From the NCBI RefSeq assembly GCF_009914755.1, contig NC_060933.1: a DNA stretch of 64,000 bases, one strand, 5' to 3'. Of this stretch, positions 30,001 through 43,600 are shown piece after piece. The notes under the pieces are model-generated. The model was given only the letters and a program-made list of their open reading frames with translations, was not told the DNA's origin and ran no database searches. Every line of letters begins with the position of its first letter. The stretch's first letter is position 1. Source of the DNA: the human T2T-CHM13v2.0 reference genome, Homo sapiens. Made by a program: the position numbers and the translations under genes.

Positions 30001-33000
30001 AACTCGATTGCAAAGGAATGTAATGGAATGGAATGGAACGGAATTAACGCAAATAGAATGGAATGGAAAGGAATGGAAAGGAATGGAATGGAAAGGAATG
30101 GAATGGAATCAATCTGAGTGCAGGGGAATGGAATGGAATGGAGTGCAATGGAATGGAATGGAATGGAATGCAATGGAATCACCTCGATTGCAATGGGATG
30201 GAATGGAATGGAATGGAATGGAAGGGAATGGAATGGAATGGAATTAACCTGAACAGAATGGAATGGAATGGTATGGAATGGAATGGAATGGAATGGAATG
30301 GAATGGAATGGAATGCAATGGAATGGAATCAATCAACGCGAGTGCAATAGAATGCAGTGGAATGGAATGGAATGGAATGGAAAGTACCCGAATGGAATGG
30401 AAAGGAATGGAGTGTAAGGGAATTAAAAAGAATCAATCCGAATGTAATGGAATGGAATTGAAAGGAAAGGAATGGAATGGAATGGAATGGAATGGAATGG
30501 AATGGAATGGAATGAAATGGAATGGCATAGAATGGAATGGAATCAACCCGAGCGCAATGGAATGGAATGGAATGGAATGGAATGGAATGGAATGGAATGG
30601 ATTCAACCCGAATGGAATGGAAAGGAATGGAATAAACCCGAGTGAAATGGCATGGAAGGGAATGGAATGGAATGGAATGGTACGGAGTAGAATGGAATGG
30701 AACGAAATGGAATGGAATGGAATGGAATGGAATGGAATGGAATGAACCCGTGAGCAATGGAATGGAATGGAATGGAATGGAATGGAATGGAATGGAATGG
30801 GTTCAATTCGAATGGAATGGAAAGGAATGGAATCAACCCGAGTGCAATGGCATGGAATGGAATGGAATGGAATGGAATGGAATGGAATGGAATGGATTCA
30901 ACCCAAATGGAATGGAAAGGAATGGAATAAACCCGAGTGGAATGGCATGGAATGGAGTGGAATGGAATGGAATGGAATGGAATGGAATGGAATGGAATTA
31001 ACCCTAATAGAATGGAATGGAATGGAATGGAATAGAAGGGAATGGAATGGAATGGAATGGAATGGAATTAACCCGAATAGAATGGAATGGAATGGAATGG
31101 AATGGAATGGAATGGAATCAACTCGATTTCAATGGAATGGAATGGAATGGAATGGAATGGAAGGGAATGGAATGGAATGGAATGAAATTAACCCGAATAG
31201 AATGGAATGGAATGGAATGGAATGGAATGGAATGGAATAGAATGTAATCCAACCGAGTGCAGGGGAATGGAATGGAATGGAATGCAATGGAATGGAATCA
31301 TACGGAATGGAATGGAATGGTATGGAATGCAATGGAATGGAATGGAATCAACCCGATTGCAATGGAATGGAGTGGAATGGAATGGAATGGAATGGAAACA
31401 ACCCGAATGGAATGGAATGGAAAGGAATCGAATGGAATCAACCTGAGTGCAGGGGAATGGAATGGAATGGAATGCAATGGAATGTAATGGAATGGAATGC
31501 AATGGAATCAACCCGAGTGCAATGTAATGGAATCGAATGGAATGGAATGGAATGGAATGGATTCAACCCGAATGGAATGGAAAGGAATGGAATAAACCCG
31601 AGTGGAATGGCATGGAGTGGAGTGGAATGGAATGGAATGGAATAGAATGGAATGGTACGGAATAGAATGGAATGGAAAGAAATGGAATGGAATGGAATGG
31701 AATGGAATGGAATGGAATGGAATCAAACCGAGTGCAGGGGAATGGAATGGAATTGAAGGCAATGGAATGGAATCATCCGGAATTGAATGGAATGGAATGG
31801 AATCAACTCGATTGCAATGGAATGGAATGGAATGGCATGGAATGGAATGGAATGGAATGCAATGCAATGGAATGCAATGGAATGGAATGGAATTAACCCG
31901 AATAGAATGGAATGGAATGGAATGGAAGTAAATGGAATGGAAGGTAATGAACCCGAGTGCAGGGGAATGGAATGGAATGGAATGCAATGGAATGGAGTCA
32001 TCCGGAATGGAACGGAAAGGAATGGAATGGAACCAACCCGTGTGCAATGAAATTGAAAGGAATGGAATGGAATGGAATGGAATGGAATGGAATGGAATGG
32101 ATTCAACCCGAATGGAATGGAAAGGAAGGGAATCAACCCAAGTGGAATGGCATGGAATGGAATGGATTGGAATGGAATGGAATGGAATGCTACCGAATAG
32201 AATGGAATGGAACGAAATGGAGTAGAATGGAATGGAATGGAATGCAATCAACCCGAGTGCAATGGAATGGAGTGGAATGGATTGGAATGGAATGGAAACA
32301 ACCTGAATGGAATGGAATGAAATGGAGTGTAAGGGAATTGAATACAATCAAACCGAATGTAATGGAATGGAATGGAACGGAATGGAATGGAATGGAATGG
32401 AATGGAATGCAGTGGAATGGAATCAAACCTAGTGCAATGGAATGGAATGGAATGGAATGGAATGGAATGGAATGGAATGGAATCAATTCGATTGCAATGG
32501 AATGGAATGGAATGGAATGGAATGGAATGGAATGGGTTCAACTCGAATGGAATGGAAAGGAATGGAATCAACCCGAGTGGAATGGCATGGAATGGAATGC
32601 AATGGAATGGAATGGAATGGAATGGAATGCAATGGAATGGAATCATCCGGAATGGAATGGAATGGAATGGAATGGAATGGAATGGAATGGAATGGAATGG
32701 AATGGAATGGAATAAACCCGAGTGCAATGGAATGGAGTGGAATGGAATGGAATGGAATGGAACAACCCGAATGGAATGGAATGTAATGGAGAGTAAGGGA
32801 GTTGAATAGAATCAATCCGAATGTAATGGAATGGAATGGAACGGAAAGTAATGGAATGGAATGGAATGGAATCAACCCGAGTGCAGGGGAATGGAATGGA
32901 AAGGAATGCATTGGAATGGAATCATCCGGAATGGAATGGAATGGAATGCAATGGAATGGAATGGAATGGAATCATCCCGAGTGCAAAGGAATGGAGTGAA

Positions 33001-33149
33001 ATGGAATGGAATGGAATGGAAACAGCCAGAATGGATATGAATATAATGGAGTGTAAGGGAATTGAATAGAATCAACCTGAATGTAATGAAATGGAATGGA
33101 ACGGAATGGAATGGAATGGAATGGAATGGAATGGAATGCAATGGAATGG

Positions 33150-33300
33150 AATCAACCCGAGTGCAATCGAATGGAATCGAATGGAATGGAATGCAATGGA
33201 ATGGATTCAACTTGAATGGAATGGAAAGAATGCAATCAACACAAGTGGAATGGCATGGATTGGAATGGAATGGAATGGAATCAACCCCAGTACAGGGGAA
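33150..33300 (+). repeat. pHuR98-like chr9 SatIII sub-unit (AATCAACCCGAGTGCAATCGAATGGAATCG...TTCAACTTG...GAGTACAGG)
   Basis: The exact 30-mer occurs at 33150-33179, 37513-37542 and 39819-39848, and as reverse complement at 1986-2015, 5418-5447 and 16906-16935. From memory this matches the commonly used chr9 SatIII/HuR98 PCR primer; not verified by search. Confidence 0.6.
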
Positions 33301-36300
33301 TGGAATGGAATGGAATGCAATGGAATGGAATCATCCGTAATGGAATGGAAAGGAATGGAATGGAATGGAATGGAATGGAATGGAATCAACTCGATTGCAA
33401 TCGAATGGAATGGAATGGAATTAACCCGAATAGAATGGAATGGAATGGAAAGGAACGGAACGGAATGGAATGGAATGGAATGGAATGGAATGGAATGGAA
33501 CGGAACGGAATGGAATGGAATGGAATGGAATGGAATGGAATGGAATGGAATCAACGCGAGTGCAGGGGAATGGAATGGAATGGAATGCAATGGAATGGAA
33601 TCTTCCGGAATGGAATGGAATGGAATGGAATGGAATGGAATGGAATGGAATGGAATCAACCCGAGTGCAATGGAATGGAGCGGAATGCAATGGAATGGAA
33701 TGGAATGGAATGGAATGGAAATAACCCGAATAGAATGGAATGGAATGGAATGGAACGGAATGGAACGGAATGGAATGGAATGGAATGCAATGGAATGGAA
33801 TGGAATCAACGCGAGTGCAGGGGAATGGAATGGAACGGAATGCAATGGAATGGAATCATCCGGAATGGAATGGAATGGAATGCAATAGAATGGAATCAAC
33901 CCGAGTGCAATGGAATGGAGTGGAATGGAATGGAATAGAATGGGATGGAACAACCCGAATGGAATGGAATGTAATGGAGAGTAAGGGAGTTGAATAGAAT
34001 CAATCCGAATGTAATGGAATGGAATACAACGGAATGGAATGGAATGGAATGCAATGGAATGGAATCAACCCGAGTACAATGAAATGGAATGGAATGGAAT
34101 GGAATGGAACGGAATGGAATGGAATGCCTTCAAACCGAATGGAATGGAAAGGAATGGAATCAACACGAGTGGAATGGAATGGAATGGAATGGAATGGAAT
34201 GGAATGGAATCGTTCCGAGTGGAATAGGAGGGAATGTATTCGAGTGGAATGGAAAGGAATGGAATCAACCAGAGTGGAATGGAAGGGAATGGAATGGATT
34301 GGAAACTAATAGAATGGAATCAACCTGAGTGGAATGGAATGGAAAGGACTGGAATGGAAAGGAATGCAATGGAATGGAATGGAATGGAATGGAATGGAAT
34401 CTACGCGAGTGCAATGGAATGGAGTGGAATGGAATGGAATGGAATGGAACAATCCGAATGGAATGGAATGTAATGGAGAGTAAGGGAGTTGAAAAGAATC
34501 AATCCGAATGTAATGGAATGGAACGGAATGGAATGGAATGGAATGGAATGGAATGGAATGGAATGGAATGCAATGGAATGGAATCAACCCGAGTACAATA
34601 GAATGGAATGGAATGGAATGGAATGGAATGGAATGGAATGATACGGAATAGAATGGAATGGAACGAAATGGAATGGAATGGAATGGAATTGAATGGAATG
34701 GAATGGAATCGTTCCGAGTGGAATAGGAGGGAATGTATTCGAGTGGAATGGAAAGGAATGGAATCAACAAGCGTGGAATGGAAGGGAATGGAATGGAATG
34801 GAAACTAATAGAATGGATTCAACCCGAGTGGAATGGAATGGAAAGGACTGGAATAGAATGGAATGGAATGGAATCAATTCGATTGTAATGGAATGGAATG
34901 GAATGGAATGGAATGGAATGGAATGGAATCAACCCGAGTGCAATGGAATGGAGTGGAATGGAATGGAATGGAATGGAACAACCCGAATGGAATGGAATGT
35001 AATGGAGAGTAAGGGAGTTGAATAGAATCAATCCGAATGTAATGGAATGGAATGGAACGGAATGGAATTGAATGGAATGGAATGGAATGCAATGGAATGG
35101 AATCAACCCGAGTGCAATGGAATGGAGAGGAATGGAATGGAATGGAATGGAAACTACCCGAATGGAATGGAATGTAATGGAGTGTAAGGGAATTGAATAG
35201 AATCAATCCGAATGGAATGGAATGGAATGGAACGGAATGTAATGGAATGGAATGGAATGGAATCAACCCGATTGCAGGAGAATGGAATGGAAAGGAATGC
35301 AATGGAATGGAATCATCCGGAATGGAATGGAATGGAATGCAATGGAATGGAATGGAATGGAATCAACCCGAGTGCAATGGAACGGAGTGAAATGGAATGG
35401 AATGGAATGGAAACAACCAGAATGGATTGGAATATAATGGAGTGCAAGGGAATTGAATAGAATCAATCTGAATGTAATGAAATGGAATGGAACGGAATGG
35501 AATGGAATGGAATCGAATGGAATGGAATGCAATGGAATGGATTCAACTTGAATGGAATGGAAAGAATGGAATCAACACGAGTGGAATGGCATGGATTGGA
35601 ATGGAATGGAATGGAATCAACCCGAGTACAGGGGAATGGAATGGAACGGAATGCAATGGAATGGAATCATCCGTAATGGAATGGAAAGGAATGGAATGGA
35701 ATGGAATGGAATGGAATGGAATGGAATGGAATGGAATCAACTCGATTGCAATCGAATGGAATGGAATGGAATTAACCCGAATAGAATGGAATGGAATGGA
35801 ATGGAACGGAACGGAATGGAATGGAATGGAATGGAATGGAACGGAACGGAATGGAATGGAATGGAATGGAATGGAATGGAATGGAATGGAATCAACGCGA
35901 GTGCAGGGGAATGGAATGGAATGGAATGCAATGGAATGGAATCTTCCGGAATGGAATGGAATGGAATGGAATGGAATGGAATGAAATGCAATGGATTCAA
36001 CTCGATTGCAATGGAATGGAATAGAATGGAATGGAATGGAATGGAATGGAATGGAATTAACCTGAATAGAATGGAATGGAATGGAATGGAATGGAACGGA
36101 ATGGAACGGAATGGAATGGAATGGAATGGAATGGAATGGCATGGAATGGAATGGAATGGTACGGAATAGAATGGAATGGAACGAATTGTAATGGAATGGA
36201 ATGGAATGGAATGGAATGGAATGGAATCAACGCGAGTGCAGGGGAATGTAATGGAACGGAATGCAATGGAATGGAATCATCCGGAATGGAATGGAATGGA

Positions 36301-36390
36301 ATGGAATGGAATGGAATCAACACGAGTGCAATGGAATGGAGTGGAATGGAATGGAATGGAATGGAATGGAACAACCCGAATGGAATGGAA

Positions 36391-36730
36391 TGTAATGGAG
36401 AGTAAGGGAGTTGAATAGAATCAATCCGAATGTAATGGAATGGAATGCAGCGGAATGGAATGGAATGGAATGGAATGGAATGCAATGGAATGGAATCACC
36501 CCGAGTACAATGAAATGGAAAGGAATGGAATGGAATGGAATGGAATGTAATGGAATGGAATATAATGGAGAGTAAGGGAGTTGAATAGAATCAATCCGAA
36601 TGTAATGGAATGGAATGCAACGGAATGGAATGGAATGGAATGGAATGGAATGCAATGGAATGGAATCACCCCGAGTACAATGAAATGGAAAGGAATGGAA
36701 TGGAATGGAATGGAATGTAATGGAATGGAA
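36391..36730 (+). repeat. 170-bp local tandem duplication
   Basis: agtaagggagttgaatag at 36401 and 36571; both copies carry the private variant atcaccccgagtacaatgaaatggaaagg. Confidence 0.9.
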
Positions 36731-39305
36731 TGGAATGGAATGCCTTCAAACCGAATGGAATGGAAAGGTATGGAATCAACACGAGTGGAATGGAATGGAA
36801 CGGAATGGAATGGAATGGAATGGAATGGAATCGTTCCGAGTGGAATAGGAGGGAATGTATTCGAGTGGAATGGAAAGGAATGGAATCAACCAGAGTGGAA
36901 TGGAAGGGAATGGAATGGATTGGAAACTAATAGAATGGAATCAACCTGAGTGGAATGGAATGGAAAGGACTGGAATGGAAAGGAATGGAATGGAATATAA
37001 TGGAATGGAATGGAATGCAATGGAATGGAATGGAATGGAATCAACGCGAGTGCAGGGGAATGGAATGGAATCGAATGGAATAGAATGGAATGGAATGGAA
37101 TCAACCCGAGTGCAGGGGAATGTAATGGAACGGAATGCAATGGAATGGAATCATCCGGAATGGAATGGAATGGAATCGAATGGAATCAACCCGAGTGCAA
37201 TGGAATGGAGTGGAATGGAATGGAATGGAATGGAACAACCCGAATGGAATGGAATGTAACGGAGAGTAAGGGAGTTGAATAGAATGAATCCGAATGTAAT
37301 GGAATGGAATGGAACGGAATGGAATTGAATGGAATGGAATGGAATGCAATGGAATGGAATCAACCCGAGTGCAGTGGAATGGAGAGGAATGGAATGGAAT
37401 GGAATGGAAACTACCCGAATGGAATGGAATGTAATGGAGTGTAAGGGAATTGAATAGAATCAATCCGAATGTAATGGAATGGAATGGAATGGAATGGAAT
37501 GCAATGGAATGGAATCAACCCGAGTGCAATCGAATGGAATCGAATGGAATGGAATGCAATGGAATGGATTCAACTTGAATGCAATGGAAAGAATGGAATC
37601 AACACGAGTGGAATGGCATGGATTGGAATGGAATGGAATGGAATCAACCCGAGTACAGGGGAACGGAATGGAATGGAATGCAATGGAATGGAATCATCCG
37701 TAATGGAATGGAAAGGAACGGAATGGAATGGAATGGAATGGAATGGAATGGAATGGAATGGAATGGAATGGAATCAACTCGATTGCAATCGAATGGAATG
37801 GAATGGAATTAACCCGAATAGAATGGAATGGAATGGAATGGAACGGAACGGAATGGAATGGAATGGAATGAAATGGAACGGAACGGAATGGAATGGAATG
37901 GAATGGAATGGAATGGAATCAATGCGAGTGCAGGTGAATGGAATGGAATGGAATGCAATGGAATGGAATCTTCCGGAATGGAATGGAATGGAATGCAAAG
38001 CAATGGAATCAACTCGATTGCAATGGAATGCAATGGAATGGAAAGGAATACATTGGAATCAACCCGAGTGGATTGGAATGGAAAGGACTGGAATGGAGTG
38101 GAATGGAATGGAATGGAATGGAATGGAATGGAATGGAATCAACTCGATTGGAATGGAATGGAATGGAATGGAATGGAATTAACCCGAATAGAATGGAATG
38201 GAATGGAACGGAACGGAATGGAATGGAATGGAATGGCATGGAATGGAATGGAATGGAATCAAGACGACTGCAGGGGAATGGAATGGAATGGAATGCAATG
38301 GAATGGATTCAACTTGAATGGAATGGAAAGAATGGAACCAACACGAGTGGAATGGCATGGATTGGAAAGGAATGAAATGGAATCAACCCGAGTGCAGGGG
38401 AATGTAATGGAACGGAATGCAATGGAATGGAATCATCCGGAATGGAATGGAATGGAATGGAATGGAATGGAATCAACCCGAGTGCAATGGAATGGAGTGG
38501 AATGGAATGGAATGGAATGGAACAACCCGAATGGAATGGAATGTAATGGAGAGTAAGGGAGTTGAAAAGAATCAATCCGAATGTAATGGAATGGAATGGA
38601 ACGGAATGGAATGGAATGGAATGCAATGCAGTGGAATGAAATCAACCCGAGTACAATGGAATGGAATGGAATGGAACGGAATGGAATGGAATGGAATGGA
38701 ATGGAATGCAATGGAATGGAATCTTCCGGAATGGAATGGAATGGAATGGAATGGAATGCAATGGATTCAACTCAATTGCAATGTAATGGAATAGAATGGA
38801 ATGGAATGGAATGGAATGGAATGGAATTAAACCGAATAGAATGGAATGGAATGGAATGGAACGGAACAGAACGGAACGGAACCGAACGCAGTGGAATGGA
38901 ATGGAATGGAATTGTATGGAATGGAATGGAATGGTACGGAATAGAATGGAATGGAAAGAATTGGAATGGAATAGAATCGAATGGAATGGAATGGAATGGA
39001 ATGGAATCAACCCGAGTGCAGGGGAATGTAATGGAACGGAATGCAATGGAATGGAATCATCCGGAATGGAATGGAATGGAATGGAATGGAATGGAATGGA
39101 ATGGAATCAACCCGAGCGCAATGGAATGGAGTGGAATGGAATGGAATGGAATGGAACAACCCGAATGGAATGGAATGTAATGGAGAGTAAGGGACTTGAG
39201 CAGAATCAATACGAATGTAATGGAATGGAACGGAATGGAATGGAATGGAATGGAATGGAATGGAATGGAATGGAATGCAATGGAATGGAATCAACCCGAG
39301 TACAA

Positions 39306-39345
39306 TGTAATGTAATGTAATGTAATGTAATGTAATGTAATGTAA
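39306..39345 (+). repeat. (TGTAA)8 variant-pentamer microsatellite
   Basis: Eight consecutive TGTAA units replace TGGAA. Confidence 0.95.
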
Positions 39346-39854
39346 TGGAATGGAATGGAATGGAATGGAATCAACCCGAGTGCAATGAAATGGAGAGGAA
39401 TGGAATGGAATGGAATGGAAACTAAACGAATGGAATGGAATGTAATGGAGTGTAAGGGAATTGAATAGAATCAATCCGAATGGAATGGAATGGAATGGAA
39501 CGGAATGGAATGGAATGGAATGGAATGGAATCAACCCGAGTGCAGGGGAATGGAATGGAATGGAATGCAATGGAATGGAATCATCCGGAATGGAATGGAA
39601 TGGAATGCAATGGAATGGAATGGAATGGAATCAACCCGAGTGCAATGGAATGGAGTGAAATGGAATGGAATGGAATGGAGACAACCAGAATGGATTGGAA
39701 TATAATGGAGTGTAAGAGAATTGAATAGAATCAATCTGAATGTAATGAAATGGAATGGAACGGAATGGAATGGAATGGAATGGAAAGGAATGGAATGGAA
39801 TGGAATGCAATGGAATGGAATCAACCCGAGTGCAATCGAATGGAATCGAATGGA

Positions 39855-40650
39855 ATGGAATGCAATGGAATGGATTCAACTTGAATGGAATGGAAAGAAT
39901 GGAATCAACACGAGTGGAATGGCATGGATTGGAATGGAATGGAATGGAATCAACCCGAGTATAGGGGAATGGAATGGAATGGAATGCAATGGAATGGAAT
40001 CATCCGTAATGGAATGGAAAGGAATGGAATGGAATGGAGTGGAATGGAAAGGAATCAACTCGATTGCAATCGAATGGAATGGAATGGAATTAACACGAAT
40101 AGAATGGAATGGAATGGAATGGAACGGAACGGAATGGAATGGAATGGAATGGAACGGTAGGGAATGGAATGGAATGGAATGGAATGGAATGGAATGGAAT
40201 GGAATCAACGCGAGTGCAGGGGAATGGAATGGAATGGAATGCAATGGAATGGATTCAACTTGAATGGAATGGGAAGAATGGAATCAACACGAGTGGAATG
40301 GCATGGATGGAAATGGAATGGAATGGAATCAACCCGAGTACAGGGGAATGGAATGGAATGGAATGCAATGGAATGGAATCATCCGTAATGGAATGGAAAG
40401 GAATGGAATGGAATGGAATGGAATGGAATAGAATGGAATGGAATCAACTCGATTGCAATCGAATGGAATGGAATGGAATTAACCCGAATAGAATGGAATG
40501 GAATGGAATGGAACGGAACGGAACGGAATGGAATGGATTGGAATGGAATGGAATGGAATGGAATGGAACGGAAAGGAATGGAATGGAATGGAATGGAATG
40601 GAATGGAATGGAATCAACGCGAGTGCAGGGGAATGGAATCGAATGGAATG
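39855..40650 (+). repeat. ~380-bp local tandem duplication
   Basis: The module order ttcaacttg - caacacgag - catccgtaat - caactcgattgcaatcg - caacgcgagtgcagggg occurs twice, starting ~39875 and ~40254. Confidence 0.85.
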
Positions 40651-43600
40651 CAATGGAATGGAAACTTCCGGAATGGAATGGAATGGAATGGAATGGAATG
40701 GAATGGAATGGAATGGAATAAACCCGAGTGCAATGGAATGGAGTGGAATGGAATGGAATGGAATGGAACAACCCGAATTGAATGGAATGTAATGGAGAGC
40801 AAGGGAGTTGAATAGAATCAATCCGAATGTAATGGAATGGAATGGAACGGAATGGAATTGAATGGAATGGAATGGAATGGAATCAACCCGAGTGCAATGG
40901 AATGGAGAGGAATGGAATGGAATGGAATGGAAACTACCCGAATGGAATGGAATGTAAAGGAGTGTAAGGCAATTGAATAGAATCAATCCGAATGTAATGG
41001 AATGGAATGGAACGCAATGGAATGGAATGGAATGGAATGGAATGGAATGGAATGCAATGTAATGGAATCAACCCGAGTGCAATCGAATGGAATCCAACGG
41101 AATGGAATGCAATGAAATGGATTCAACTTGAATGGAATGGAAAGAATGGAATCAACACGAGTGGAATGGCATGGATTGGAATGGAATGGAATGGAATCAA
41201 CCCGAGTACAGGGGAATGGAATGGAATGGAATGCAATGGAATGGAATCATCCGTAATGGAATGGAAAGGAATGGAATGGAATGGAATGGAATGGAATCAA
41301 CTCGATTGCAATCGAATGGAATGCAATGGAATTAACCCGAATAGAATGGAATGGAATGGAATGGAACGGAACGGAATGGAATGGAATGGAATAGAATGGA
41401 ATGGAACGGAACGGAACAGAATGGATGGAATGGAATGGAATGGAATGGAATGGAATCAACGCGCGTGTAGGGGAATGGAATGGAATCTTCCGGAATGGAA
41501 TGGAATGGAATGGAATGGAATGGAATGAAATGCAATGGATTCAACTCGATTGCAATGGAATGGAATAGAATGGAATGGAATGGAATGGAATGGAATGGAA
41601 TTAACCCGAATACAATGGAATGGAATTGAATGGAACGGAATGGAACGGAATGGATGGAATGGAATGGAATGGAATGGAATGGAATCAACGCGAGTGCAGG
41701 GGAATGTAATGGAACGGAATGCAATCGAATGGAATCATCCGGAATGGAATGGAATGGAATGGAATGGAATGGAATAAACCCGAGTGCAATGGAATGGAGT
41801 GGAATGGAATGGAATGGAATGGAATGGAACAACCCGAATGGAATGGAATGTAATGGAGAGTAAGGGAGTTGAATAGAATCAATCCGAATGTAATGGAATG
41901 GAATGCAACGGAATGGAAAGGAATGGAATGGAATGGAATGGAATGCAATGGAATGGAATCAACCCGAGTACAATGGAATAGAATGGAATGGAGTGGAATG
42001 GAGTGAAATGGAATGGAATGGAATGGAATGCCTTGAAACCGAATGGAATGGAAAGGAATGGAATCAACACGAGTGTAATGGAATGGAATGGAATGGAATG
42101 GAATGGAATGGAATGGAATGATACGGAATAGAATGGAATGCAACGAAATGGAATGGAATGGAATGGAATTGAATGGAATGGAATGGAATGGAATCGTTCC
42201 GAGTGGAATAGGAGGGAATGTATTCGAGTGGAATGGAAAGGAATGGAATCAACCAGAGTGGAATGGAAGGGAATGGAATGGAATGGAAACTAATAGAATG
42301 GAATCAACCCGAGTGGAATGGAATGGAAAGGACTGGAATGGAAAGGAATGGAATGGAATGGAATGGAATGGAATGGAATGGAATGGAATCAACGCGAGTG
42401 CAGGGGAATGAAATGGAATCGAATGGAATGGAATGGAATGGAATGGAATCAACCCGAGTGCAGGGGAATGTAATGGAACGGAATGCAATGGAATGGAATC
42501 ATCCGGAATGGAATGGAATGGAATGGAATGGAATCAACCCGAGTGCAATGGAATAGAGTAGAATGGAAAGGAATGGAATGGAACAACCCGAATGGAATGG
42601 AATGTAATGGAGAGAAAGGGAGTTGAAAAGAATCAATCCGAATGTAATGGAATGGAATGGAACGGAATGGAATGGAATGGAATGGAATGGAATGGAATGC
42701 AATGGAATGGAATCAACCCGAGTACAATGGAATGGAATGGAATGGAATGGAATGGAATGGAATGGAATGCAATGGAATGGAATCTTCCGGAATGGAATGG
42801 AATGGAATGGAATGGAATGGAATGGAATGCAATGGATTCAACTCCATTGCAATGGAATGGAATAGAATGGAATGGAATGGAATGGAATTAAACCGAATAG
42901 AATGGAATGGAATGGAATGGAACGGAACGGAACGGAACGGAAGGGAGTGGAATGGAATGGAATGGAATTGTATGGAATGGAATGGAATGTTACGGAATAG
43001 AATGGAATGGAAAGAATTGGAATGGAATGGAATCGAATGGAATGGAGTGGAATGGAATGGAATCAACCCGAGTGCAGGGGAATGTAATGGAACGGAATGC
43101 AATGGAATGGAATCATCCGGAATGGAATGGAATGGAATTGAATGGAATGGAATGGAATGGAATCAACCCGAGTGCAATGGAATGGAGTGGAATGGAATGG
43201 AATGGAATGGAACAACCCGAATGGAATGGAATGTAATGGAGAGTTAGGGAGTTGAATAGAATCAATCCGAATGTAATGGAATGGAACGGAACGGAATGGA
43301 ACGAAATGGAATTGAATGGAATGCAATGGAATGGAATCAACCCGAGTACAATGGAACGGAATGGAATGGAATGGAATGGAATGGAATGGAATGGAATGGA
43401 ATGGAATGGAATCAACCCGAGTGCAATGGAATGGAGAGGAATGGAATGGAATGGAATGGAAACTACCCGAATGGAATGGAATGTAATGGAGTGTAAGGGA
43501 ATTGAATAGAATCAATCCGAATGGAATGGAATGGAACGGAATGTAATGGAGTGGAATGGAATGGAATGAACCCGAGTGCAGGGGAATGGAATGGAAAGGA

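Noticed and set aside
36761-36771. TonEBP/NFAT5 consensus TGGAAANNYNY match (tggaaaggtat)
   Set aside because: It is a single match produced by a private substitution. The recurrent TGGAAA cores I checked do not fit the full consensus.
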